A DNA stretch of 64,000 nt, taken from positions 2,432 to 66,431 of the forward strand of contig CALRZI010000015.1 of NCBI GenBank assembly GCA_943372605.1. Direction: 5' to 3'. Positions 28,981-38,334 of the stretch are shown piece by piece. This DNA comes from Chitinophaga pinensis (GTDB lineage Bacteria > Bacteroidota > Bacteroidia > Chitinophagales > Chitinophagaceae). The position numbers were made by a program, and so were the translations under genes. Below the pieces are notes generated by a model. The model was given only the letters and a program-made list of their open reading frames with translations. It had not been told where the DNA came from and ran no database searches. Numbering within the stretch: position 1 is the stretch's first letter; each line of letters opens with the position of its first letter.

Positions 28981-29038
28981 ATGTGTGATATCTGATGTAG
29001 GATGTCTGATTTAAAATCCTACATCAGACATCAGCTAT
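28981..29038. repeat. Inverted ATGTCTG-family heptamer arrays between convergent genes
   Basis: Four units on plus and three on minus; 13-bp perfect stem TCTGATGTAGGAT / ATCCTACATCAGA. Confidence 0.85.
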
Positions 29039-29039
29039 C

Positions 29040-29348
29040 CTAGATCACATCATCGTACGCTGCTCTTAACTCATTCAACGTATGGTTGTCTCCGGCTGTC
29101 TTAGCGGCTTCCATTCCTTTTTCATACCATTGAATGGCCAGTTCTGTTTCCTGTAATTGTTCCAGTAATTTGGCGAGATGGTAATAAGAACCCACATAAT
29201 CAGGCGATTCTGTAAGTACGGCTTCAAATAATCCCCTTGCCTCTTCCAGCCTACCACCTTTAATATACTCCAGTGCCAGCGCATGACGCAGAAAATTATC
29301 CTTCGGATTCTGTTCCAGAAATGCCAGTATACGGGTTATTCGCTCCAT
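29040..29348 (-). CDS. Small tetratricopeptide repeat protein
   Basis: F..HALALEY, YVGSYYHLAKL, A...YEKG TPR pattern; ATG 29348 preferred. Confidence 0.8.
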   Translation of the reverse strand: MERITRILAFLEQNPKDNFLRHALALEYIKGGRLEEARGLFEAVLTESPDYVGSYYHLAKLLEQLQETELAIQWYEKGMEAAKTAGDNHTLNELRAAYDDVI

Positions 29349-29369
29349 AGGGCAAAGATAGTGGTTAGA

Positions 29370-29444
29370 CCATAGTTGATGGTCCATAGTCCATGGCAGG
29401 AGGATATCTGGTTTTGCTATGGACTATTAGCTATAGACCATGGA
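29370..29444. repeat. Inverted pair of CTATGGA/CCATAGT-family heptamer arrays in a divergent promoter region
   Basis: Four units at 29370-29397 and four imperfectly complementary units at 29417-29444. Confidence 0.75.
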
Positions 29445-29493
29445 CTAATCCCCCTTTCTAAAAATTTCCACTGTTAAAAAATTTATCCGAACC

Positions 29494-29523
29494 TTTGCCG
29501 GAAACAAAAGCTCACTATATTTG
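29494..29523 (+). promoter_or_regulatory. Candidate sigma70 promoter of etfBA
   Basis: TTTG at 29494-29497, 18-nt spacer, TATATTTG at 29516-29523. Confidence 0.55.
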
Positions 29524-29574
29524 TTTAATAGTTGCATAAACAACTAATTATCGCATCAAAACCTACTATGACAT

Positions 29575-30315
29575 ATGAAAATTCTGGTTTGTGTAAGTAA
29601 GACGCCCGACACCACTTCAAAGATTGCTTTTACAGATGGTAACAGCAAATTTGATGAGAATGGTGTGCAGTGGATCATTAATCCCTACGATGAATGGTAC
29701 TCGTTGGTGAGAGCCATTGAACTGAAAGAAAAAGACCCTTCTACGATTGTACACCTGATAACGGTGGGTGGAGCCGATGCTGAACCTATCATCCGTAAGG
29801 CACTGGCATTGGGTGGCGATGAAGCCATACGTATTAATACAGATGGTAGCGACAGCTTTTATATTGCTTCGCAGATTGCAGCAATTGCCAAAGATGGTTA
29901 CGACCTTGTTTTTACAGGTAAAGAAACCATTGACTATAACGGATCTTCCATTGGTGCCATGGTAGCAGAACTGATTGATGCTCCCTATATTTCATTGGCC
30001 ACCAAATTCGAACTGAATGCTAACACCGCTACCGTAACCCGTGAAATTGAAGGTGGAGAAGAAGTAGCAGAACTGGCATTACCTGCCGTAATAAGTTGTC
30101 AGAAAGGTGTGGCCGAGCAGCGCATACCCAATATGAGAGGCATTATGGCCGCACGTACCAAACCATTGAAAGTAGTTGAGCCTGCAGCAGCAGATACGCT
30201 CACTTCCATTGTGAGTTTTGAACTGCCCCCGGCCAAAGCGGGTGTTAAATTGGTGAGTCCGGATAATATGGGCGAACTGGTTAGATTGTTACACGAAGAA
30301 GCCAAAGCAATCTGA
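29575..30315 (+). CDS. etfB: Electron transfer flavoprotein beta subunit
   Basis: KTPDT, INPYDE, ALALG.D, GKETID, REIEGG, RIPNMRGIM motifs. Confidence 0.95.
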   Translation: MKILVCVSKTPDTTSKIAFTDGNSKFDENGVQWIINPYDEWYSLVRAIELKEKDPSTIVHLITVGGADAEPIIRKALALGGDEAIRINTDGSDSFYIASQIAAIAKDGYDLVFTGKETIDYNGSSIGAMVAELIDAPYISLATKFELNANTATVTREIEGGEEVAELALPAVISCQKGVAEQRIPNMRGIMAARTKPLKVVEPAAADTLTSIVSFELPPAKAGVKLVSPDNMGELVRLLHEEAKAI

Positions 30316-30351
30316 TAGTATTGCTATTTCAACAACTTAAAAAGAAAAGAA

Positions 30352-31314
30352 ATGTCTGTTTTAATATTTGTAGATCAATCAGAGGGTCATATCAAAAAAG
30401 CCTCTTTTGAAGCCCTTACTTATGGTGCAAAAATTGCCGAACAAACAGGAACCACTGCAGAAGCACTGGTACTGGGTTCTGTTAGCGATGACCTGGCGGC
30501 ACTGGGCAAATACGGTGTGAAAAAAGTACACCAGGTTAACAACAATGCACTCAATCATCTCGATGCACAACTGTATGCCAAAGTAATTGCGGAAGCAGTT
30601 ACGACTACCGGTGCTACTGTGGTGGTAATTTCACATACCCAGACAGGTAAAGCCATTGCAGGTCGCGTTGCCGCACGTTTAAAAGCAGGTCTGGTAGCAG
30701 GTGCTTGTGCCCTGCCCGATACCAGTAAGGGTTTTGTGGTGAAGAAAACCGTTTTCTCGGGAAAAGCATTTGCCAACGTAAGCATCAGCTCAGCAATCAA
30801 AGTTATTTCGCTGAACCCTAATAGTTATACCACTATTGCAGGTGAAGGAACTGCGGAAGTAAATCAACTGGCTGTTACCGTTGATGCACCTAAAGTAAAA
30901 GTAACTACTGTTAATAAAGTAAGTGGCGAAATACCTTTAACCGAAGCCGAGATTGTAGTAAGTGGTGGCCGTGGTTTAAAAGGACCAGAGAACTGGGGCA
31001 TACTATTAGACCTCGCCAAAGAACTGGGTGCTGCTACCGCTTGTAGTCGCCCTGTAGGTGATGCTCATTGGAGACCACACCATGAACATGTGGGACAAAC
31101 AGGTGTTCAGGTAGCACCGAATCTCTACATTGCCATTGGTATCTCAGGAGCCATTCAACATCTGGCAGGTGTAAACCGCAGTAAAATAATTGTGGTGATC
31201 AATAAAGATCCGGAAGCACCTTTCTTTAAAGCAGCCGATTATGGAATTGTGGGCGATGCATTTGAAGTAGTGCCGAAGTTGACAGAAGAGATTAAGAAGA
31301 TGAAAGCGAAATAA
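30352..31314 (+). CDS. etfA: Electron transfer flavoprotein alpha subunit
   Basis: SGGRG, SRP, VGQTG, YIAIGISGAIQHLAG, INKDPEAP motifs. Confidence 0.95.
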   Translation: MSVLIFVDQSEGHIKKASFEALTYGAKIAEQTGTTAEALVLGSVSDDLAALGKYGVKKVHQVNNNALNHLDAQLYAKVIAEAVTTTGATVVVISHTQTGKAIAGRVAARLKAGLVAGACALPDTSKGFVVKKTVFSGKAFANVSISSAIKVISLNPNSYTTIAGEGTAEVNQLAVTVDAPKVKVTTVNKVSGEIPLTEAEIVVSGGRGLKGPENWGILLDLAKELGAATACSRPVGDAHWRPHHEHVGQTGVQVAPNLYIAIGISGAIQHLAGVNRSKIIVVINKDPEAPFFKAADYGIVGDAFEVVPKLTEEIKKMKAK

Positions 31315-31322
31315 AAATGCCT

Positions 31323-31353
31323 AAAAAGGATCGGTTTGTACCGGTCCTTTTTT
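31323..31353 (+). terminator. Intrinsic terminator of etfBA
   Basis: AAAAAGGATCGGT-TTGT-ACCGGTCCTTTTTT. Confidence 0.8.
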
Positions 31354-31619
31354 ATGAAATATCAAAATGCGAATACCATCTCAATATTGCAATGACTTGT
31401 GATTTCAATATTGCTACTGATCGTAAAACAAAAGAATCCAAATCCTCAACATCTTTATAGCCAGAAGCTGCATACCAGGCAAAGAACGAGATTATAATTT
31501 ATGTGTTCTAATATTATACTCACGTATAAACAACCAGTAGTAGTGCACATTTACAAAGTATGACATTTGATCGCAATAATACTAACTTGCCTCCCATTAA
31601 CAATAGTTGAATCGCATAT

Positions 31620-32774
31620 ATGTTATACCTAGCGGGAATTGCAATTACATTTTTTCTGGTATTTATTTTATTAAGTAAAACTAACAAAAGCAAGGCCGAT
31701 ATAATCTTGTCGTTATGGCTGTTTCTTACAGGGGTTCATTTGTTTTTATATTACATGTATGTTACCACAAAGTATATTGACTACCCCTATTTATTAGGAC
31801 TTGAAATACCGCTACCTTTAGTTCACGGACCGTTTCTGTTTTTATATACTTCAGCTTTAACCAACCAAAAGAGTAAAAAACCGACTGATGTTGTCCATTT
31901 TATTCCTTTTGCATTGGCAATGCTATCACTTCTTCCATTTTTTTCTTCATCATCTATCCATAAAATAGAAGTTTATAAACAGGAAGGAACGGGATATGAG
32001 CTTTTAGTGAACATCATATTTGGTGTAACGATCGTTTCTGGTATTGTATATACAATAGGTTCATTGCAAAAACTGGCAAAACATCGCAGCATAATACCAA
32101 CTCAATTTTCCTTTACGGAAGCAATTAACTTAAGATGGCTCTCTTATCTGATTCTTGGCTCAAGCATTATCTGGTTACTTGTAATTTTCACCGATGATAA
32201 ATATATCTTTTCAGGATTAGTTCTCTACATTGGTTTTATTGGATATTTTGGCATAAAACAAGTAGGTATTTTTACCAACAATGAGCTACAAGTACAGTAT
32301 AAAACACCCGAAAATACACTTACAACTGTAACAAATGCTTTACAGGCTCCCGGGCTTGATGGGGTACAAGCAGAGAAGGTTAAATACGAAAAATCAAAAA
32401 TCAGCACAGCAGATATTGAAGCGATTCATCAGAAACTTTCAGAACTCATGCAAACTGAAAGATTTTATACAAATCCTGAACTTACCCTTTCTGATTTAGC
32501 TCAAAAAATAGAGGTCCATCCAAATATACTATCACAAGTCATCAACTCTGTTGAACAGAAAAACTTCTACGACTATATTAACCACATGAGAATTGAAGAA
32601 TTCAAAAGACTGATTTCTCTGCCGGAAAATCAAAAATTTACACTTCTATCCCTAGCCTTTGAATGTGGTTTTAATTCCAAAACTTCTTTTAACCGAAACT
32701 TCAAAAAAGCTACCAACCTTTCGCCCTCGGAATATTTAAAACAATTAAATATCAATTTGGCGTCAGCGATATAG
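31620..32774 (+). CDS. Membrane-anchored AraC family transcriptional regulator
   Basis: Multiple hydrophobic segments, then C-terminal LTLSDLA..SQVIN..NFYDYIN..R..EF..CGFNSKTSFNR.FKK. Confidence 0.88.
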   Translation: MLYLAGIAITFFLVFILLSKTNKSKADIILSLWLFLTGVHLFLYYMYVTTKYIDYPYLLGLEIPLPLVHGPFLFLYTSALTNQKSKKPTDVVHFIPFALAMLSLLPFFSSSSIHKIEVYKQEGTGYELLVNIIFGVTIVSGIVYTIGSLQKLAKHRSIIPTQFSFTEAINLRWLSYLILGSSIIWLLVIFTDDKYIFSGLVLYIGFIGYFGIKQVGIFTNNELQVQYKTPENTLTTVTNALQAPGLDGVQAEKVKYEKSKISTADIEAIHQKLSELMQTERFYTNPELTLSDLAQKIEVHPNILSQVINSVEQKNFYDYINHMRIEEFKRLISLPENQKFTLLSLAFECGFNSKTSFNRNFKKATNLSPSEYLKQLNINLASAI

Positions 32775-32933
32775 GATCAAGTTTTATGAAAACGGTTCAA
32801 TCTTCATAACTAATTAATATTCAAACTCTTGCCTTTGAATATTTTTTAACAAAACTAAGTACCACCTTTCCTGTTGGGGCGTACACGGGTATTTTTCATT
32901 GCACTTTTGCCGAAAGTTTAAACGAAAAATGTA

Positions 32934-33923
32934 ATGAAAACGAATGTACTCTTTGGGGCCATAGCCCTTACCATTTTCCTTTTGTGGGGTTGTGAAAAGG
33001 AAATAAATATAAACGAAGCCGGACATCTGGTGCCGATCACCGTTGACCAGGATCCATCCATCCCGTCCATTCAAATCAACGGCTCTTTACTTCATGCGGA
33101 AACTTTCGGGAAGAAGGATAGCGCTATGGTCATTTTCCTGCACGGAGGGCCAGGTGCAGATTACAGAAATGGCTTAAATGCAAAACAACTGGCAGATAAT
33201 GGCTATTATGTTGTGTTTTACGACCAGCGTGGCTCAGGTTTATCTAAAAGGGAAAAAAGGAACATGTATTCTATCCAACTAATGCTGGATGATCTGTCTG
33301 CAATTATTAATCATTATCGTACATCGCCAACTCAAAAAGTGTTTTTGTTCGGTCATTCATGGGGAGCCATGTTAGCAGCCGCATACATTAATGCATATCC
33401 CAATCGTATTAACGGGGCAATTTTTGCAGAAGCAGGGGGCTTTACTAAAGCGCTTCTGGACAAATATGGCACAGCAAGTAGAAAACTGTCTTTGTCTTCA
33501 GAGCAAACCAGTGATATTTTTTATTATGACCAGTTTTTAACTGGAAAAGACAATGAACACGCTATACTGGATTATAAAATGAGTCTTGCATCAAGCTACG
33601 CTTATGCGAAAGGAAATACCGAAGGAATTGAAGGCCCCTCCCCATTCTGGCGAAACGGCGCAGAAGTATTAAGAGGATTTATGAAAATAGCAGAAGATGA
33701 TGGTTTTGATTTTACTACAAACCTCCAACAATACCGAACTAAAGTTTTATTCCTGTACGGAGAGAATAATAAATCTTATGGATTAGCATTTGCTCAAAAA
33801 GAAGCCAGCTACTTTCCTGTCACTCAAATTTCAGAAATTAAAAATACAGGACATGAAATGATCTACTTCAAATGGAATAGCGTGTATCCGGTTGTATTGA
33901 CTTACCTAAACTCTTTAAAATAA
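32934..33923 (+). CDS. Lipoprotein alpha/beta hydrolase (proline iminopeptidase-like)
   Basis: LWG-C lipobox, HGGPG oxyanion motif, YDQRGSG, GHSWG nucleophile, TGHE. Confidence 0.85.
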   Translation: MKTNVLFGAIALTIFLLWGCEKEININEAGHLVPITVDQDPSIPSIQINGSLLHAETFGKKDSAMVIFLHGGPGADYRNGLNAKQLADNGYYVVFYDQRGSGLSKREKRNMYSIQLMLDDLSAIINHYRTSPTQKVFLFGHSWGAMLAAAYINAYPNRINGAIFAEAGGFTKALLDKYGTASRKLSLSSEQTSDIFYYDQFLTGKDNEHAILDYKMSLASSYAYAKGNTEGIEGPSPFWRNGAEVLRGFMKIAEDDGFDFTTNLQQYRTKVLFLYGENNKSYGLAFAQKEASYFPVTQISEIKNTGHEMIYFKWNSVYPVVLTYLNSLK

Positions 33924-33930
33924 AGGACCT

Positions 33931-34620
33931 ATGAAAAATGTAAAACTAAAAATACTGAGTTCCCTTTTTTGTGTACTAACCATGCAATGTTTTTCACAAA
34001 ATATAAACTGGGCTAACTTAAAAAGTAATCAAAAACACCTGGTACACATTAATGCAGGTTGGGATTACGGACTTGTATATGGAGCAGGTTACAGTTACCA
34101 ACTGAAGTCCAAAACGCCTTTACTCCTCAATATATCTTACTCTTTCCCTTCAGGGCAAAAATTGCTCGATGACTTCAAAACAAAAATAGGTGGGCAAATC
34201 AGGTTTTATCGTGCCCATAACTTTCAATTCAGCGCATCATTATACGGGATCTACAGACGTTTCGAAAACCCACTGGTACGTTTACAAAATTTCGGAACAG
34301 AAATGGCAACTGTCTTTGGGTATTATAAACCAAAATGGTTTATTGCTGGAGAAATTGGTTTCGACAAAGCAATAGTTACACATTTGAAACATACTGAGAG
34401 TTTTAGAACCAATATCTATGCCGGCGCAAAAGATGGCTGGTATGAGCCTGCTACAGGCGGCAATTTCAATTATGGTATTCAAACTGGTTTTTCATTTAAC
34501 CATAGCGACATTATAATGAAAACCGGGCTCGTACTTACTCAGGATTTCAAAACAACACCCATGATTCCTTATTATTTGCAACTATCGTATACTATAAAAC
34601 TAAATAAGCCAAAAGGTTAA
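33931..34620 (+). CDS. Hypothetical exported protein, probable outer-membrane beta-barrel
   Basis: Signal peptide, alternating aromatic/Gly beta-strand pattern. Confidence 0.55.
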   Translation: MKNVKLKILSSLFCVLTMQCFSQNINWANLKSNQKHLVHINAGWDYGLVYGAGYSYQLKSKTPLLLNISYSFPSGQKLLDDFKTKIGGQIRFYRAHNFQFSASLYGIYRRFENPLVRLQNFGTEMATVFGYYKPKWFIAGEIGFDKAIVTHLKHTESFRTNIYAGAKDGWYEPATGGNFNYGIQTGFSFNHSDIIMKTGLVLTQDFKTTPMIPYYLQLSYTIKLNKPKG

Positions 34621-34910
34621 AGAATTTATTCTTATAACTGGGTTACCAAAGTCTTTGTCATGAAAATGAAATGACTAACAATTGATTTGATAGTAGAGGC
34701 TATATGAAAATATGCGACAGCCCTTCTGCTTTACTTATCAAGGAGTTTCTTTACTGGGCCTATCCTCTCGCTTTGGTGGAGAGATAGGCCCAGTCATATC
34801 CAATCCAGTCGTTAATAGTATTCAATAAACGGCCTTTACAATCATCATTTAAACATGGGACTCAAGATGGTAAAAGGCTTAAAAGGTCCCATAAATTAGT
34901 ACCCGAAAAA

Positions 34911-34985
34911 GTCTCTTGTCTCTTGTCTCTTGTCTCTTGTCTCTTGTCTCTTGTTTCCTGCCTCTTTTTTCTTATCTCTTATTTC
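34911..34985 (-). repeat. Heptamer array: (GTCTCTT)x6 perfect plus degenerate GAAATAA-type units
   Basis: Six exact copies at 34911-34952; three further units at 34965-34985 start directly after the SDR stop codon. Confidence 0.9.
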
Positions 34986-35774
34986 CTACAACCCTCCTGT
35001 TCTCCCTCCATCCACCGGCAAATTAATTCCATTAATATAAGCAGCCGCAGGTGAGCAAAGAAAAGCAACTGCCGCTGCAAATTCTTCCGGCTCACCTAAC
35101 CTTCCGGCAGGAATAAGTGTAATGGTTTTATCTACAATGACATCTACCGTTGTACCTGCATCAGCTGCCTGTTTACCAAATAAATAATCCAGACGATCTG
35201 TTTTGGTATAACCGGGTAATACATTGTTTACCGTGATACCATGCTTACCTATTTCATTGGCCAGTGTTTTGGCCCAGTTGGCAACGGCGGCACGTACCGT
35301 ATTGGAAATACCCAATCCGTTAATCGGTTGCTTAACTGAAGTAGAAACAATATTGATGATCCTGCCAAATCCTTTTTGCTGCATACCGGGTACTACCAAT
35401 TGAGCCAGTGTATGAGCCGTAACCAGATGAGACCGGAAACTTTTTTCCAGATCATCTGCAGCAGTATTCAATAGCGGCCCCGATGCCGGTCCGCCACTGT
35501 TGTTCACCAGTATATCAATAGTATATCCTTTAAGAAGGAAATCACTGATTAATGACGATACAGTGGAGGGATCACTTGTATCGGCAACAAAATATCCATG
35601 TTGTTGTTGCAATGCCGTATCGAGTGAGTGAAGAACAGCTTTCAGGTTCTCTTCATTTCTTGCCAGCAGGTACACATTGGCACCCATCAGCGCCAGCTCA
35701 TGTGCCACTGCAGCACCCAAACCCTGAGAAGCTCCACAAACAAGGGCTGTTTTTCCAGTAAGGTTGAGATTCAT
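34986..35774 (-). CDS. Short-chain dehydrogenase/reductase (FabG-like fold)
   Basis: CGASQGLG, NNSGGP, NNVLPGYT, DGG motifs. Confidence 0.88.
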   Translation of the reverse strand: MNLNLTGKTALVCGASQGLGAAVAHELALMGANVYLLARNEENLKAVLHSLDTALQQQHGYFVADTSDPSTVSSLISDFLLKGYTIDILVNNSGGPASGPLLNTAADDLEKSFRSHLVTAHTLAQLVVPGMQQKGFGRIINIVSTSVKQPINGLGISNTVRAAVANWAKTLANEIGKHGITVNNVLPGYTKTDRLDYLFGKQAADAGTTVDVIVDKTITLIPAGRLGEPEEFAAAVAFLCSPAAAYINGINLPVDGGRTGGL

Positions 35775-35784
35775 GGTTCCTGTT

Positions 35785-36132
35785 TTATAATGCGCGATAA
35801 TCTTCTCTTACCGGGTGAAATACATCCAGCAGTTTACAATCGGTAATGGCCAGACCCGAATGAGGCACATTGGATGGAATAACGATGACTTCACCCGGTC
35901 CAAATTGTATGGGCTCTCCTGCCAGTGTTAACTGAAAACTGCCTTCCAGCACATGTGCCACCTGTTCGTGTGGATGTGAGTGTTCTTTCAAAGCCGAACC
36001 TGCTTTCACATCGAGATAAGAGAAAGTCATATGCTCGGTATGAATAAAACGGGCGCTATAACCGGGTACAATTTCTTTGGGTGTAATGCTATTCAGATCA
36101 ACTAAAGGCATAAAATGTTTTTTGTTTTGCAA
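35785..36132 (-). CDS. Cupin domain protein
   Basis: HSHPHEQ..VLEG and IPSNVPHS cupin motifs. Confidence 0.88.
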   Translation of the reverse strand: MQNKKHFMPLVDLNSITPKEIVPGYSARFIHTEHMTFSYLDVKAGSALKEHSHPHEQVAHVLEGSFQLTLAGEPIQFGPGEVIVIPSNVPHSGLAITDCKLLDVFHPVREDYRAL

Positions 36133-36186
36133 ATTACATATTCCTGCACCTATCTGTGCAAGCGATCTTTGTTGTTTCTTTGCAGT

Positions 36187-36480
36187 ATGTCATCATCGCT
36201 CCCACTCTTCAGAAAAGTTGGTATTGCAGAAGGTATCTCCCTCCTGCTGTTGTTAGGAATAGCTATGCCTCTCAAATATTTTGCAGATTTACCGGAAGCT
36301 GTAAAATTTACAGGATGGGCACATGGCATACTTTTTATTGCCTATTGCTGGCTGGCGTATATGGTAAGGGAAGAAAAAAACTGGCCCTTTAAAATGCTGG
36401 TCTGGGCCTTTCTCGCAGCATTCTTTCCTTTTGGCACTTTCCTGTTCGATAAAAAGCTCCGGTCGGCCAACCCATTCTAA
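36187..36480 (+). CDS. DUF3817 small membrane protein
   Basis: FRKV..AEGIS...L..IAMPLKY, G.AHG.LFIAY, PFGTF pattern; ATG 36187. Confidence 0.8.
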   Translation: MSSSLPLFRKVGIAEGISLLLLLGIAMPLKYFADLPEAVKFTGWAHGILFIAYCWLAYMVREEKNWPFKMLVWAFLAAFFPFGTFLFDKKLRSANPF

Positions 36481-36523
36481 ACCTGCCATACTTATGGTAA
36501 TTTGATTTATTTTCGTGTGGTCT

Positions 36524-37108
36524 ATGAAAAAGATAGAATTGGAAATAGTGGCATTGTCGCACAGCATCACCCAAACACATTCCTATGCAGTAGTGTTGGG
36601 AGAAACCAATGGTTTAAGAAGACTCCCGATTGTAATTGGTGGTTTTGAGGCCCAGGCTATTGCCGTGGCCCTCGAACATATGCAACCCAGCCGCCCACTG
36701 ACACATGATCTCATGAAAAATTTCATGAATGCCTTTAATGTAGAATTACAGGAAATCATCATCAGCGATCTACAGGAAGGTATATTCTATTCAAAACTGG
36801 TTTGTTTTACAGAACATGATACAGTAGAAATAGACAGTCGCACCAGCGATGCGCTTGCGCTGGCCGTAAGGTTTGGCTGTCCCATTTATACGTATGAGCA
36901 TATTCTCGAAAATGCAGGTATACTCATGGAAGACGGAGGTAAAAAACAAAAAGCAGAAGCAGTAGGCGCAGAAGACAATAGCACCGGCCGTGAAGACTTA
37001 AGCAGCATGAGTCTGGAAGAACTACAAACCCTCCTCAATGATGTACTGGAACATGAAGACTATATAAGGGCAATTGCAATAAGAGATGAGATGAATAAGA
37101 GGAAGTGA
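36524..37108 (+). CDS. Bifunctional nuclease family protein (BFN/DUF151) with C-terminal UVR domain
   Basis: LPIVIGGFEAQAIA, RPLTHDL, DSRTSDALALAVR, E.EDY..A..IRDE motifs. Confidence 0.88.
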   Translation: MKKIELEIVALSHSITQTHSYAVVLGETNGLRRLPIVIGGFEAQAIAVALEHMQPSRPLTHDLMKNFMNAFNVELQEIIISDLQEGIFYSKLVCFTEHDTVEIDSRTSDALALAVRFGCPIYTYEHILENAGILMEDGGKKQKAEAVGAEDNSTGREDLSSMSLEELQTLLNDVLEHEDYIRAIAIRDEMNKRK

Positions 37109-37114
37109 GGAGCA

Positions 37115-37155
37115 AGCTATGAGCTATGAGCTATGAGCTATGAGCTATGAGCTAT
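37115..37155 (+). repeat. (AGCTATG)x5 perfect heptamer microsatellite plus a partial unit
   Basis: Starts 6 nt after the nuclease stop codon. Confidence 0.9.
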
Positions 37156-37202
37156 CTAAGAATAATGGTCGGCGATTTATTTTATTGCATAGTTTCATTC
37201 TT

Positions 37203-37237
37203 TTTTGCCTTTTGACTTTTCACTTTTGACCTTTCAC
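37203..37237 (+). repeat. TTTT(G/C)AC heptamer array 2 nt before the ispE start codon
   Basis: TTTTGCC, TTTTGAC, TTTTCAC, TTTTGAC, CTTTCAC, then CT-ATG. Confidence 0.8.
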
Positions 37238-37239
37238 CT

Positions 37240-38076
37240 ATGATTTCCTTCCCGAATGCAAAAATCAACCTGGGTTTGAATATCATTCAAAAAAGAGCGG
37301 ATGGTTTTCATGATCTGGAAACTGTTTTCTACCCGGTTCAAGGATTGCGTGATGCACTGGAAATTCTGCATGGCAATACGGACGATGGAGTTTTCCGTTT
37401 TACACATTCCGGACTGGAGATTGCAGGGAACATGGATAATAATCTCTGCTACAAAGCATACTACTTACTCAAAAAAGATTTCCCTGAATTACCTGCCATA
37501 CAAATGCACTTGCATAAAACCATTCCCATGGGTGCAGGATTGGGCGGTGGTAGCGCCGATGGTGCTTTTACACTTACCATGCTTAACCAACAATTTGGTT
37601 TGGGATTAAATGAGGAACAACTGATCTCTTATGCCTTGGTATTAGGTAGCGATTGTCCATTTTTTATCATCAATAAACCCTGTTATGCAACAGGACGAGG
37701 AGAACAACTGGAAAATACGGCAGTTGATCTTTCCGGCTATGAGCTTGTATTGGTGAACCCGGGAATACACGTACCAACCGGCTGGGCCTTCTCTCAGGTA
37801 ACTCCTACGCTACCTGCTCATCATTGCGATGCTATTGTTCAAAAACCCGTTGAAACATGGCGCAATGTTTTGACCAATGATTTTGAAGCACCTGTTATGC
37901 AGGCTTATCCGGATATACAGGCCATCAAAGACCAATTATATAAGCAAGGTGCTATTTATGCAGCCATGACCGGCACAGGCAGCACTGTATATGGAATCTT
38001 CTCAAAAAACGTCAACCCTTCATTTGATTTCCCACCACACTATTTTATTTATCAAAGCCAGACAGGAAAAGCGTAA
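37240..38076 (+). CDS. ispE: 4-diphosphocytidyl-2-C-methyl-D-erythritol kinase
   Basis: PNAKINLGL, GFHDLET, KTIPMGAGLGGGSAD, LGSDCPFF, MTGTGS motifs. Confidence 0.95.
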   Translation: MISFPNAKINLGLNIIQKRADGFHDLETVFYPVQGLRDALEILHGNTDDGVFRFTHSGLEIAGNMDNNLCYKAYYLLKKDFPELPAIQMHLHKTIPMGAGLGGGSADGAFTLTMLNQQFGLGLNEEQLISYALVLGSDCPFFIINKPCYATGRGEQLENTAVDLSGYELVLVNPGIHVPTGWAFSQVTPTLPAHHCDAIVQKPVETWRNVLTNDFEAPVMQAYPDIQAIKDQLYKQGAIYAAMTGTGSTVYGIFSKNVNPSFDFPPHYFIYQSQTGKA

Positions 38077-38334
38077 CAGAGAAACAGAGGAATGTCCAAT
38101 GTCCAGGTGTAATCAATTTCGTCATTTCTCTGTTCTTCTTTATCTGATTGCACACAAAAGAAACAAACGTTAGTTTTAGAATTAAACAATATTCTGCAAT
38201 TCTGGGTTAAAATTGAATAACTATCAATCAATATTCACATTTATTGAATAACTTATTCGAAAATTTTCATTTTTTTGATTAATTTAGTACCGATTGCCTG
38301 CCATTCTATTTCCTGAACTTTAATTCGGTTGCAA

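Noticed and set aside
31381-31414. TCAATATTGC direct repeat (24-bp period) upstream of the AraC gene
   Set aside because: Only two copies in AT-rich DNA and more than 200 nt from the start codon; too weak to call an operator.
34692-34730. AGTAGAGG start resembling a lysine riboswitch
   Set aside because: The following sequence and length do not fit the aptamer, and the site is downstream of genes on both strands.
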